A stretch of 48,730 nucleotides of DNA from a virus (Duplodnaviria > Heunggongvirae > Uroviricota > Caudoviricetes), in IMG/VR virus record IMGVR_UViG_3300012346_000137, positions 1 through 48,730 of that record. One strand, given 5' to 3'. Position numbers and translations under genes: made by a program. Under the pieces are notes generated by a model that had not been told where the DNA came from, made no database searches, and was given only the letters and a program-made list of their open reading frames with translations. Below are positions 18,097 through 27,194 of this stretch, in pieces. Within the stretch, counting starts at the first letter, position 1; each line of letters opens with the position of its first letter.

Positions 18097-19134
18097 ATGG
18101 CAAAAACAGTGAAACCAACAGACAGTGGTGTCTCTAAATTCCAGGATGCTTTAGACAAGCTCAACAAACAGTATGGTGTAGGTACAGTACTAGCACTAGA
18201 TTCCAAAACAGATGGTCATTATGATGTAATCAGTACAGGTTCAATTGGATTCGATTGGATCACATTAGGTACTGGTGGATTCGTTAAAGGTAAATTGTAT
18301 GAATTGATGGGATGGGAAGGCTCAGGTAAGTCTACCATTTGTGGTCATGCAGTTGCTGAATGCCAAAAGGCAGGTGGTAAAGTAGTGTATATTGATGGCG
18401 AGCATGCTGTTGATAAAAACTATTTTGAAGCTATTGGTGTAAACACAGCAGACATGTTCATTGCTCAACCAAGTTGTGGTGAGGAAGGTTTCAACATTGC
18501 TATTGAGATGATCAAAACTGGTGAGGTTGACTTATTGATTATTGACTCAGATTCATCATTGATTCCTAAGAAGGTGTTAGATGGTGATGTAGGTGATAGC
18601 TCAATTGGTTTGAAGGCTAGATTAAATAGTAGCGTCTATTCTAAATTAAAGTCAGCAATGTCAATCCACAATACATGTGTGATTGTTATTAGTCAGTACA
18701 GAGAGAAGATAGGTGTTATGTTTGGTAACCCTACTACAACACAAGGTGGTCATGCATTGAAGTTTGCATCAGATGCTCGTATCGAAGTGAGTAAATCAGC
18801 TGCAAAGGATGGTGATGTAACTTATGGTAACATTACAAAGGTGAAGGCTGCTAAGAACAGAATGAGTCCTCCATTTAGAATGACTAGCTTTGAGATTGTG
18901 TATGGTGTAGGTATTGATAAGGTGAAAGAAATCATGGACTTATTGAATGAATATGAACTTGGTAGAAAGTATGGTCAGACAATGACGTTTAATGAAATCA
19001 AATACAACCTTGAAGAATTCAAACGCATGTTGTTAGACAACGAAGAGTTCTATAATGAAATCAAACAAAGTATCATTAACAAAATTAAAAACATTGAAAT
19101 CGTACAAGATGAACAACCAATCATTGAAGATTAA
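18097..19134 (+). CDS. recA: RecA recombinase
   Basis: GWEGSGKS, YIDGEH, LLIIDS, ISQYREKIGVMFGNP, GGHALKF. Confidence 0.95.
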   Translation: MAKTVKPTDSGVSKFQDALDKLNKQYGVGTVLALDSKTDGHYDVISTGSIGFDWITLGTGGFVKGKLYELMGWEGSGKSTICGHAVAECQKAGGKVVYIDGEHAVDKNYFEAIGVNTADMFIAQPSCGEEGFNIAIEMIKTGEVDLLIIDSDSSLIPKKVLDGDVGDSSIGLKARLNSSVYSKLKSAMSIHNTCVIVISQYREKIGVMFGNPTTTQGGHALKFASDARIEVSKSAAKDGDVTYGNITKVKAAKNRMSPPFRMTSFEIVYGVGIDKVKEIMDLLNEYELGRKYGQTMTFNEIKYNLEEFKRMLLDNEEFYNEIKQSIINKIKNIEIVQDEQPIIED

Positions 19135-19561
19135 ATTACAAAAGGTAACAGAAGATGCTCGCATGCCCATCAAGGGTAGCGAGCAGGCTGCTGCCTATGA
19201 TGTTTATGCTCACAGCATAACAGACAAGGGTGGATATAAAATGTGTGTAGGTCTTGGGTTCAAGACAGAGATACCTAAGGGATACAAGGGTATTATCGTC
19301 CCACGCAGCAACTTAACTAAGTTCAACTGGGTGTTGAATAACTCCTTTGGTGTTATTGACTCAGATTACAGAGGTGAATGGATGGCTATCTTCACTCCTA
19401 TTGTTAATGGAGGATCTGTTCCAGAATTTCCATATGGTATAGGAGATCGTGTAGCTCAAATCTATTTTGAAGAAGTGTTACCTATATCTTTTGATGTGGT
19501 TCCTGAATTGGAATCATCAGAGAGAGGTGAAGGAGGATTTGGATCAACTGGATTAAAATAA
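19109..19561 (+). CDS. dut: Trimeric dUTPase
   Basis: Five motifs AAYD, PRSN, GVIDSDYRGE, RVAQ, RGEGGFGSTG; ATG at 19109. Confidence 0.95.
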   Translation: MNNQSLKIKLQKVTEDARMPIKGSEQAAAYDVYAHSITDKGGYKMCVGLGFKTEIPKGYKGIIVPRSNLTKFNWVLNNSFGVIDSDYRGEWMAIFTPIVNGGSVPEFPYGIGDRVAQIYFEEVLPISFDVVPELESSERGEGGFGSTGLK

Positions 19562-19566
19562 TATTT

Positions 19567-19782
19567 ATGTCAAGTTCAGCAAGCCCATCATGTCCAAATT
19601 GTGGAGGATATCTTTATCCTCCATTAATGTGGCATGGTATAGTACCACCTAAGATGTGTACATGTGCAGCTATTAAACAAAATAACATAGGATGGATATG
19701 CCCAAGATGTGGCAAATCTAATTCTCCAAGTGTTACAAGTTGTGGTTGTTCAGCCAATGATCCTTTAAAAGTAACATGTTAA
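19567..19782 (+). CDS. Small Zn-ribbon protein
   Basis: CPNC, CTC, CPRC, CGC. Confidence 0.6.
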   Translation: MSSSASPSCPNCGGYLYPPLMWHGIVPPKMCTCAAIKQNNIGWICPRCGKSNSPSVTSCGCSANDPLKVTC

Positions 19783-20192
19783 TGAAATCACAATGTAAAA
19801 CTTGTGGTAGAAATTGTGAGGGAGAATATTGTTTTCAACATAAGCCTAGAAAACCTTTTAAGCCTAAGAAGAAGCTTCTAGCGTATAAACCTAAAGGGTA
19901 TCAAGTTAACTACGAAGATGCCTTAAAGATGAAGAATTTCTTTATGGATATTTGGAATAAAAAGAAACATTATTCTGAAGTGAGTGGAGATTATTTAGGC
20001 TCTGAAGCATTGTCAACATATTTCCATCACATACTACCAAAGAGTAAATATCCAGAAGCAGCTCTGGATGAAGAAAACATAATACTTCTTACGCTTCTAG
20101 AACATGAACAAGTAGAAATGGACATCTATAGATATGAAGAAGTTAATAAAAGACGTGAAAAACTCCTAGAAAAATATGAAAGAACCAAGTAG
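19776..20192 (+). CDS. NinG/HNH-like nuclease
   Basis: N-terminal CxxC..C...C..H; FHHILPKSKYP...NIILLT..EH. Confidence 0.55.
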   Translation: MLMKSQCKTCGRNCEGEYCFQHKPRKPFKPKKKLLAYKPKGYQVNYEDALKMKNFFMDIWNKKKHYSEVSGDYLGSEALSTYFHHILPKSKYPEAALDEENIILLTLLEHEQVEMDIYRYEEVNKRREKLLEKYERTK

Positions 20193-20826
20193 AGAACGTA
20201 AGAATGATATTAAATATCTAGTTCAACTAAACGATGAGCAAAAAGAAGCTAAACGTCTCATTAGAGAGAATCAAATAGTTATTATCACTGGTAGAGCTGG
20301 TTGTGGTAAATCATTAGTCTGTGCACAAGTTGCTTTAGACTTTCTATTCAAGAAAGAAGCAGATAATGTATTTGTTACTAGAGCTACAATTGAAGTGGGT
20401 AACTCGTTGGGCTTTCTACCAGGAAGTTTAGATGAAAAGTTTAATCCTTATTTAGAAGCATTTCAAGAAAACTTGAATAAATGTTATGATAAAGCTAAGA
20501 TTGAACAACTTGTAGCTGATAAGAAAGTGCTTGCCTACCCTGTACAGTTTATTCGTGGTAAAACCATCGATGACATATTAATCGTAGAGGAAGCTCAGAA
20601 TCTATCTAAAGCACAGATGTTAGCCATATTAACTAGACTAGGTAAAACTGGTAAGATTGTCATCAATGGTGACATGGAACAGCAAGATACCAAGGATAGT
20701 ATTAATGGGTTAGCTTATGCTATAGAGCTGTCTAAGAAGATCCAGGACATTAAATGGATTAAATTAAAAGAGAACCACAGAAGTGATATCGTGGGTAAAA
20801 TATTAGAGTATGAGTATGGTAAGTAA
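20176..20826 (+). CDS. phoH: PhoH-like ATPase
   Basis: GRAGCGKS, LGFLPG, RGKT, VEEAQN, GDMEQQD, HRSDIV. Confidence 0.9.
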   Translation: MKEPSRERKNDIKYLVQLNDEQKEAKRLIRENQIVIITGRAGCGKSLVCAQVALDFLFKKEADNVFVTRATIEVGNSLGFLPGSLDEKFNPYLEAFQENLNKCYDKAKIEQLVADKKVLAYPVQFIRGKTIDDILIVEEAQNLSKAQMLAILTRLGKTGKIVINGDMEQQDTKDSINGLAYAIELSKKIQDIKWIKLKENHRSDIVGKILEYEYGK

Positions 20827-21268
20827 ATTATGTAACTGGATTGTAATAATTGCTGCACTTTCAGCAGTTACTTATTTTTCTATTTTACAAATTGAGCCAG
20901 AAATCTTTGCAAGATATCAGGTTATTACACTAAAAGGTTCTACCTTTGACATGGATGTAACTGTGCTTATTACAGATGATGTATCTTTTGCTACTAAGTA
21001 TGTAAAAGAGAACCTGGATAGTACAGTGACAGCTGCAGACTTCAACGCTAGAGCAGTAACCTTCCCTATAGTAGATGGTAAATCTCCTATAATATGGATG
21101 TCTAGTATTGAAGACCAAGGAGTTGTAGCTCATGAACTGTTCCATACAACATTAAATATAATGTATTGGACAGGAATGGAGCTTAATTCAGAGACAGAAG
21201 AAGCATTTGCATATGAAATACAGTTCTTAACAAATTCTTTTTATAATCAAATAAAACCAAACAAATGA
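20810..21268 (+). CDS. Membrane-anchored zincin-like metallopeptidase candidate
   Basis: N-terminal hydrophobic segment, VAHELFH (HExxH), downstream EEAFAY. Confidence 0.5.
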   Translation: MSMVSKLCNWIVIIAALSAVTYFSILQIEPEIFARYQVITLKGSTFDMDVTVLITDDVSFATKYVKENLDSTVTAADFNARAVTFPIVDGKSPIIWMSSIEDQGVVAHELFHTTLNIMYWTGMELNSETEEAFAYEIQFLTNSFYNQIKPNK

Positions 21269-21510
21269 GTGATCAACTTTTATGGATCAAAGGAGAGGAA
21301 TTAGTAGGATTGGATTTTAATCCATCTAATAACTCTAATGTACAAAAAGCTAAAGAACTATGTGCTGAATTAGCTAATTTAATGAATCAACCTGCACCTG
21401 GGTTAGGAGAGAATATATCTCCAACATATGAATTGTTATACAAACAGGCAATGATGGATGTATTAAAAGCACAAATGATGGTAGTTAAGTTATTAACCTT
21501 TAAATATTAA
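21265..21510 (+). CDS. Acb2/Tad1-like helical-hairpin protein (candidate)
   Basis: LVGLDFNPS..VQKAKELCAELANL...AQMMVVK pattern. Confidence 0.4.
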   Translation: MSDQLLWIKGEELVGLDFNPSNNSNVQKAKELCAELANLMNQPAPGLGENISPTYELLYKQAMMDVLKAQMMVVKLLTFKY

Positions 21511-21513
21511 AAT

Positions 21514-21798
21514 ATGATGGCAACAGGATGGGAAACAAGCCCACAACAAGAAGTAGGTCCACAGCAAGATTCAGAACCAACGTTACAACAAAAACTTAAT
21601 GAAGAAAGAATTGAATTATCAAAGAAACTTCAAAAGTTAAAGACTTTTGTAACTATGGATGCTAAGTTTAAAGAATTAAACTATGAGCACAAAGAGTTAT
21701 TAGAAGAGCAGTTAAACACAATGAATAAGTATGAAAACATACTAGTTCAAAGAATGATATTATTAAATCAACCTCAAATTTCATACTTCAATGACTAA
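21514..21798 (+). CDS. crAss001_48-like protein
   Basis: EERIELSKKLQKLKTFV...LLEEQLNTMNKYENILVQRM. Confidence 0.6.
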   Translation: MMATGWETSPQQEVGPQQDSEPTLQQKLNEERIELSKKLQKLKTFVTMDAKFKELNYEHKELLEEQLNTMNKYENILVQRMILLNQPQISYFND

Positions 21799-22063
21799 TT
21801 TATTTTTCTACACAAGACAATCAGAAGATGGTAAAGTGTACACAGACAGCTTTAACTTAAACAAAGTAATCAGAACTATCCAAATCGATGACAACAAGGT
21901 GTTAGTCTTATTAGACGATATCCATGAGCGTCCAGAAGATGTGCCAGAAGTTAAGAATGGCAAGATGGTAGGTCAAAAGAGAGTACGTAATGTATTCCAA
22001 ACTGAAATCAATTTATTTGATGCAGATGCAACAAGATTTAATGAATTAGGAAAACAATTTTAA
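21791..22063 (+). CDS. Hypothetical protein
   Basis: Co-linear ORF. Confidence 0.7.
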   Translation: MTNLFFYTRQSEDGKVYTDSFNLNKVIRTIQIDDNKVLVLLDDIHERPEDVPEVKNGKMVGQKRVRNVFQTEINLFDADATRFNELGKQF

Positions 22064-22065
22064 TT

Positions 22066-22347
22066 ATGAAATTATTAGGAAATCGCATCTATTTAGAGGT
22101 GCCAAAGCAAGTAGAAGAAAACAAGTTAATCGTAGACGAGAACACTAAAGAAGCATTACAAAGAGAAATGCTTAAGACGTTCTCTAAATTAACTGTGCAC
22201 TCTGTAGGAGACATTGTAACTAATGTTAAAGCAGGTGATGTTGTGTTAGTAGACCCAGGTAAGGTGTCTCAAGGTCAATTGATTGACTTGTCAGAAGGTG
22301 AACAAGTAATTCTTGTTAGTCCATTTGACGTTATAATGATTTGGTAA
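22066..22347 (+). CDS. groES: GroES-like co-chaperonin
   Basis: MKLLGNRIYLE, TVHSVGD..NVKAGDVVLV, C-terminal DVIMIW. Confidence 0.7.
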   Translation: MKLLGNRIYLEVPKQVEENKLIVDENTKEALQREMLKTFSKLTVHSVGDIVTNVKAGDVVLVDPGKVSQGQLIDLSEGEQVILVSPFDVIMIW

Positions 22348-22348
22348 T

Positions 22349-22993
22349 ATGGAAAAGATAATTCATCAAATATGGGTTGGACCTTATGAGATGCCTGTTC
22401 GTGAACAAGGGTTTATACAAGAATTGAAAGATAAAAATCCTACATGGGAACATGTACTATGGAATAATAAAAATCTTCCAAAGCTACCAGAAAAGATCCA
22501 AGTGTTATTCGATCAGTTTGAGAAACAAAAAGATTATGCTCACCAAGCAGATGTACTTAGAGTTTTTCTAGTGAAAGAATATGGTGGATTATATATGGAT
22601 GTAGACTTTAAATGTTCTGAAGGATTTGACAGTTCTGAGTTTCATAAATATGATGGATTATTTTGCTATCATGGTGGAAACGATTATACTATGCCAAATG
22701 GTATATTCGCTTCCACTAAGGGTGGCGATCTAATTACCTATCTAACAGATATGGTTGATATAAGTAAAGGTGGGTGGTATGGTCCTAGTTGGTTAGGTGA
22801 CTCTGTAAAGAGTTATTTAAACCTTCATAGAGAAGCAAGTCATGAGCTCGTTAAGAAAAAACTTAATGAAATCAATGTCAATTATTTATTGTTTCCTGAA
22901 TTAGAAAACAAACATATAAGACACCACGCTTTATATTCCTGGTCTCCAGAGAATAAAAGAAATTTTGAAAATGGAAACATAAACTATTTATGA
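22349..22993 (+). CDS. GT32 (DXD sugar-binding) glycosyltransferase
   Basis: IIHQIW, ADVLRV..EYGGLYMDVD. Confidence 0.85.
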   Translation: MEKIIHQIWVGPYEMPVREQGFIQELKDKNPTWEHVLWNNKNLPKLPEKIQVLFDQFEKQKDYAHQADVLRVFLVKEYGGLYMDVDFKCSEGFDSSEFHKYDGLFCYHGGNDYTMPNGIFASTKGGDLITYLTDMVDISKGGWYGPSWLGDSVKSYLNLHREASHELVKKKLNEINVNYLLFPELENKHIRHHALYSWSPENKRNFENGNINYL

Positions 22994-23775
22994 AAAAAGT
23001 AAGCTTTGTATGTACATCATACAGAAGATTCTACTGTGTTAGACGTATACTAGCACAGTTCTACGCACAAACCTATCCAAACAAAGAGCTCATCATATTC
23101 AATACAGATATGGAATATCCATATGAAGTGGAATATAAAGATGCAAATGTTATTATCGTTAACAATGATAAGAACTTAATCACTGGAGAACCTTATAAGA
23201 ATAGAGGAGAAATCTGCAGAGATGCAGTTGGATACACTACAGGAGATTATTTCATGTTAGCAGATGATGATGATATCTATTTACCATGGCATCTTCAGCA
23301 GGCTGTAGAGGGTATTGAAGAACTAGGTACAGATGCATGGAAACCTGAAAAGAGTTTCTTTGCTGCTCCAGGTAAACTAGAACTAGTAATGAACACCATG
23401 GAAGCTAGTGTAATAGTGAAGATGGAAAGAATTAAAGAAATTGGATTTAGATCTGATCTTACAGGATATGAAGGACTTAGTTGGTATACTAAGTTAAGAG
23501 ATGAGAAGCAGTTAGATGAGCACAATAAAAACTATGTACCATCTTATTGTTTTAACTGGTCTGATCCTTCAGAAGTAGCTGGTCATAAACAATCAGGAGA
23601 CATCAATAATCCTAACAATTTTGAGAACCATAAAAGAGCTAGTGGTGATTATGCAAAAGAACCATTAACTCCTATTACAAAATTAGAGTTGGCTGAAACT
23701 TACGATAAGTATTATAAGTTCTTATTGAACAATCCTGATCAAATCAACCAGGAATATTACAAACGATACGTATGA
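22990..23775 (+). CDS. GT2 / GT-A glycosyltransferase
   Basis: VSFVCTSYRR, ELIIFN, ADDDDIYLP. Confidence 0.8.
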   Translation: MKKVSFVCTSYRRFYCVRRILAQFYAQTYPNKELIIFNTDMEYPYEVEYKDANVIIVNNDKNLITGEPYKNRGEICRDAVGYTTGDYFMLADDDDIYLPWHLQQAVEGIEELGTDAWKPEKSFFAAPGKLELVMNTMEASVIVKMERIKEIGFRSDLTGYEGLSWYTKLRDEKQLDEHNKNYVPSYCFNWSDPSEVAGHKQSGDINNPNNFENHKRASGDYAKEPLTPITKLELAETYDKYYKFLLNNPDQINQEYYKRYV

Positions 23776-24434
23776 AAGTATTAGTATTTACGTCTTCTTA
23801 CAAGAGACCCCACATGTTAAGACAGTGTATTCTAAATGCTAAGAACCAGACCTACAAGAAGTTTAAACATGGTATAAACATTACATCAGATAAGGACGAT
23901 CTACAAAACTATGTAAGATTGATAGATGATGTATACGTTCCTGGTAAGATGGGGCTTATACATTCTACAAATAGCCATACACACTTCAATAACATGGCTG
24001 CTATTAAGCAGTTCAGGAACTACGATACATACGATGTGTTCATCAAGATGGATGACGATGATGTATATAAGTCTGGTTATGTAGAGAACATTGTAAATAT
24101 GTTTGAAGCACGTCCCACAATAGATATTGTATCCTCAAAGATTAGTCACCAACTGAATGGACACAAGCTTTATTACAGTCCTGAGGGATATGACAACCTG
24201 GGAGGTAATCCTGGAGAGTCTACATATCACATGCCTATGACCTTTGCTTTTAATAAAAGAGCATTTGATGTCATTAAAAACCTAGAAGAAAAAGATATAT
24301 GTGGTGGAGATGATATGATGTGGAGAATGCATTGGGAAGCACATGGATTAAAACATGTTGCTGTAGACAATGCAGATGAAATCATATGGCATATACATGG
24401 TAAGAATGATTCAACAGCAAGTTTCTTGGAATAA
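23772..24434 (+). CDS. GT2 / GT-A glycosyltransferase
   Basis: FTSSYKRP, KMDDDDVY, GGDDMMW. Confidence 0.75.
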   Translation: MKVLVFTSSYKRPHMLRQCILNAKNQTYKKFKHGINITSDKDDLQNYVRLIDDVYVPGKMGLIHSTNSHTHFNNMAAIKQFRNYDTYDVFIKMDDDDVYKSGYVENIVNMFEARPTIDIVSSKISHQLNGHKLYYSPEGYDNLGGNPGESTYHMPMTFAFNKRAFDVIKNLEEKDICGGDDMMWRMHWEAHGLKHVAVDNADEIIWHIHGKNDSTASFLE

Positions 24435-24464
24435 AAAAAGCCCCTTAATTGGGGCTTTTCTTTT
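24434..24464. terminator. Bidirectional terminator at convergence of the two arms
   Basis: AAAAAAAGCCCC-TTAATT-GGGGCTTTTCTTTT. Confidence 0.85.
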
Positions 24465-24509
24465 GGGTGACCTAAAAGCAGTTCTTATGGTATGCAGATA
24501 GGTACAGAT

Positions 24510-25262
24510 CTATAATACTTTATAAAACTCATCTAGAAGACATCCTTCTGGATGATATGTGTTTTTATCTAAGTTCCTTGTGTTAAATGGTGTTGTGTAT
24601 ATGTGAGATAGGTAAGAGTCTTTTAGTCTTTCTTTAGCTTCATTGCATAAACTAGGATCAACAAAGTAGTCAAACTCATCCCATCTTATTTGATAAAAAT
24701 ATTCTTTTGGGAATATACCAACTTTATCACTATAACTTTTTACAAACCTCATTAAGAAGTCTGGTCCAAATACACCCCACCCTTTCTTTTTACCTTTCAT
24801 TGAATACAGAAATCTTATTAGATCATTCATGTATCTCTTTGAATATTCGCTGTCTATATATAACACTCCATTAGCTATGTAATCATCGTGTTGTATACCA
24901 GCACAGAGTTTGTAATCACCCCTTAGCTTTTCAAATTCTACAGAGGGTCTTAAGCAAAAACAATCTGTATCAAACCACCAACCTCCACCAACTTTATTAA
25001 TTAAAGCAATTCTAATTATATCAGAAAAAGCTGCTAATGAAGATTGTGTGTTAGTTTTACCATTAAGTTCATCGTGGTAACAAAGATCTCTTATTGCATG
25101 ATAGTTTAAAACTGTATTTGCATTACAAGACTCTGCTCCATCAACTTTTAGATTATTATATGACCACAGTTTCACTTGGAAACCATGGTCAATAAATGAT
25201 TTTATACAAGATTTTTCTAGTATACCTAATTCACCTTCCCAAAAGAAGTTAGCTATTTCCAT
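24510..25262 (-). CDS. GT32-like glycosyltransferase
   Basis: ANFFW, SDIIRIALINKVGGGWWFDTD, GVFGP. Confidence 0.8.
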   Translation of the reverse strand: MEIANFFWEGELGILEKSCIKSFIDHGFQVKLWSYNNLKVDGAESCNANTVLNYHAIRDLCYHDELNGKTNTQSSLAAFSDIIRIALINKVGGGWWFDTDCFCLRPSVEFEKLRGDYKLCAGIQHDDYIANGVLYIDSEYSKRYMNDLIRFLYSMKGKKKGWGVFGPDFLMRFVKSYSDKVGIFPKEYFYQIRWDEFDYFVDPSLCNEAKERLKDSYLSHIYTTPFNTRNLDKNTYHPEGCLLDEFYKVL

Positions 25263-25265
25263 ACA

Positions 25266-25421
25266 TTATTTAGATAGCCTTTTTTGTTTCATAGGAAGCA
25301 TAGGACTCTTAAGTCTCTTAGGTGTATCAGCTTCTCTCATAAATGGTTTATTAGGAGCTGGGTTGTTCACCTTAGGAGCCTTACGAGGCTTACCAGATTT
25401 CTTTGCTTTACCAGCTGTCAT
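25266..25421 (-). CDS. 51-aa basic protein (not in ORF track)
   Basis: MTAGKAKKSGKPRKAPK...MKQKRLSK; starts 1 nt after the upstream stop and ends 3 nt before the GT start. Confidence 0.7.
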   Translation of the reverse strand: MTAGKAKKSGKPRKAPKVNNPAPNKPFMREADTPKRLKSPMLPMKQKRLSK

Positions 25422-25422
25422 A

Positions 25423-25791
25423 TTACTTGCAGCCATATTTACATTTTTTCATACCAGAAGACTTAGCCACCTTAGCACCCTTCTTAGCAATAACACCACG
25501 ACCTTTTAAGATGTCAGCTTTAGTAACCTTACCATCTTTATTTAAGTCTGGGAAAGATTTACCATCTTTAGCTTTCTTAATAGTCTTGCCATTTTTAGCT
25601 TTACCAGCAGCTTTCTTCTTCATGGCTTCTTTACCAAATACAGAAACTTTATCTAACTCAGCAGCTTGTTTTCTACCAATCTCATCTAATTCAGATTTCT
25701 TGTACATTTTACCAGTCATTTCACCAGCCATCATCTTAGGAGCTGTTTTCTTAACAGCTGTACCTTTTTGTGCTTTTTTAATTGTTGCCAT
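25423..25791 (-). CDS. Lys/Ala-rich protein with EF-hand-like loop
   Basis: KAxxG repeats; DLNKDGKVTKAD. Confidence 0.75.
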   Translation of the reverse strand: MATIKKAQKGTAVKKTAPKMMAGEMTGKMYKKSELDEIGRKQAAELDKVSVFGKEAMKKKAAGKAKNGKTIKKAKDGKSFPDLNKDGKVTKADILKGRGVIAKKGAKVAKSSGMKKCKYGCK

Positions 25792-25793
25792 TT

Positions 25794-26210
25794 TTACTTA
25801 GATTTACGCTTTGCAGCTATTTTTTTAAATGTTTTTGCTAATGTTTTAGCCTTACCTGTACAACCTTTCTTAGTGATTGGTGTACATTTACCTTCTGTAC
25901 CACGCTTCTTGATGGAAGCTGCAGCTTTCTGCATCCATTTACCATCCTTAGCCTTACCACCATTTTTCATATTAGACAACTTCTTCAAGTCTATAGGATC
26001 AATGTCTTTAGCTCTTGTAGAATCAGAAGGATTGTTCTTGATATTAAACAAGTTTCTATTTCTTGCTGAACTTTCAGTAGGACTAGTAGTCTTATAATAT
26101 CTAGGACCATCTGGTGTATTAGTTTTGGTAACTACATTATAGCCTTTAGCATCTTTGTAGACACTTTCACCATATTGGGCTTTCTTGATTTTCTTTTTAA
26201 TCGCTGCCAT
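25794..26210 (-). CDS. Lys-rich protein
   Basis: KAQYG, MKNGG, KAKDG motifs. Confidence 0.75.
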   Translation of the reverse strand: MAAIKKKIKKAQYGESVYKDAKGYNVVTKTNTPDGPRYYKTTSPTESSARNRNLFNIKNNPSDSTRAKDIDPIDLKKLSNMKNGGKAKDGKWMQKAAASIKKRGTEGKCTPITKKGCTGKAKTLAKTFKKIAAKRKSK

Positions 26211-26575
26211 TATTTCTTCTTTTTAGAAACTTTAGCACCAGATTTAGCTTTACCAATAGTTCTTTCTTGAACTTTAGTCCAAGCACCTTTAGGATCTACC
26301 ATACCAGCTTTCTTTGATTTTGCACCAACACCAGCTGCTAATTCTTTTTTAACCTTGCCACCATTTTTTAATCCTAACTTATTTTTAACTGCAGCACCTG
26401 TTTCTTTTATTTTTTTGACGATATTAATATCTTTTTGTTTTGGATTATCCCTTTCTGTGGCTCCTCCAAAAGTAGATACATATTTACCTACAGCTTTTAC
26501 AGCGTCCATTCCTGTTTTTTTCTTAGTTGAAGTACCAGATTGTGCCTTTTTGATAGGCTTTTTAATAGTTGCCAT
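26210..26575 (-). CDS. Lys-rich protein
   Basis: KAQSG, LKNGG, KAKSG motifs. Confidence 0.75.
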   Translation of the reverse strand: MATIKKPIKKAQSGTSTKKKTGMDAVKAVGKYVSTFGGATERDNPKQKDINIVKKIKETGAAVKNKLGLKNGGKVKKELAAGVGAKSKKAGMVDPKGAWTKVQERTIGKAKSGAKVSKKKK

Positions 26576-26580
26576 TATTT

Positions 26581-26730
26581 TTATTTTTTAGATTTTGATT
26601 TAATCTTTTTCTCTTGTTTTAACATAGCAGCTGTAGGTTTCTTTCCAGATCCTTTGTTAGCTCTGATGTTATCCCACAAACCACGTTGTGAAACACTACC
26701 ATCTTTACGTTTAATCATTTGTTTTGCCAT
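26581..26730 (-). CDS. 49-aa basic protein (not in ORF track)
   Basis: MAKQMIKRKDGSVSQRGLWDNIRANKGSGKKPTAAMLKQEKKIKSKSKK. Confidence 0.7.
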   Translation of the reverse strand: MAKQMIKRKDGSVSQRGLWDNIRANKGSGKKPTAAMLKQEKKIKSKSKK

Positions 26731-26731
26731 G

Positions 26732-26752
26732 TTAACAATTCCATTTACGAAG
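26732..26752 (-). repeat. Displaced, synonymously different copy of the last six codons plus stop of the 27182..27544 gene
   Basis: CTT CGT AAA TGG AAT TGT TAA versus TTA AGA AAA TGG AAC TGC TAA (27182-27202); both read LRKWNC*. Confidence 0.85.
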
Positions 26753-26756
26753 TTAA

Positions 26757-27194
26757 TTAATCAAATACATCAAATTCTTGATTGACATATTCATTATATT
26801 CTTTAATATCATCTGATTCTAAACTATTAGCTAGAAGATATATCCTAGCAAACTCTAAAAGATCAGGATCATCTCTAAAGTGACCAAGTCCTTTATTACA
26901 GTGATTGCAGAGCATTCCTCTTATTGTGTTTGTTTTGTGACAGTGATCTACAACTAAGTCTTCTTCTGAACCACAAATTACACATTCCTTAACAGTTTCT
27001 ATAATTTCTTTTAAGTCTTTATCAGAAATCATAGATCTATACAATCCTCTTCTTGTTTCACTTCTGTAAGAAGCTCTACATTCTTTGCACCAACTATCAA
27101 AACCAGACTTAGTTTTGTTATGTAAAGGAAAATACTCTTTAGTAAGAGGCTTTTCAACAGCACATTTGGTACATTTTTTATTTAGCAGTTCCAT
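26757..27194 (-). mobile_element. Free-standing Endonuclease VII-type HNH homing endonuclease gene
   Basis: CTKC...CKEC Zn finger, CVIC..VDHCH..RGMLCNHCNKGLGHF.D; flanked by the duplicated host-gene end. Confidence 0.85.

Noticed and set aside
1966-19134. Inteins in DnaB, RNR or RecA
   Set aside because: Protein lengths are ordinary and the motifs are contiguous
24465-24509. Remnant ORF between the GT stop and the bidirectional terminator
   Set aside because: No start codon and no recognisable similarity to neighbouring gene ends
25403-26785. Plus-strand track ORFs opposite the Lys-rich genes
   Set aside because: Antisense shadows of low-complexity coding sequence (Phe/Leu/Ala-rich), with no promoter support
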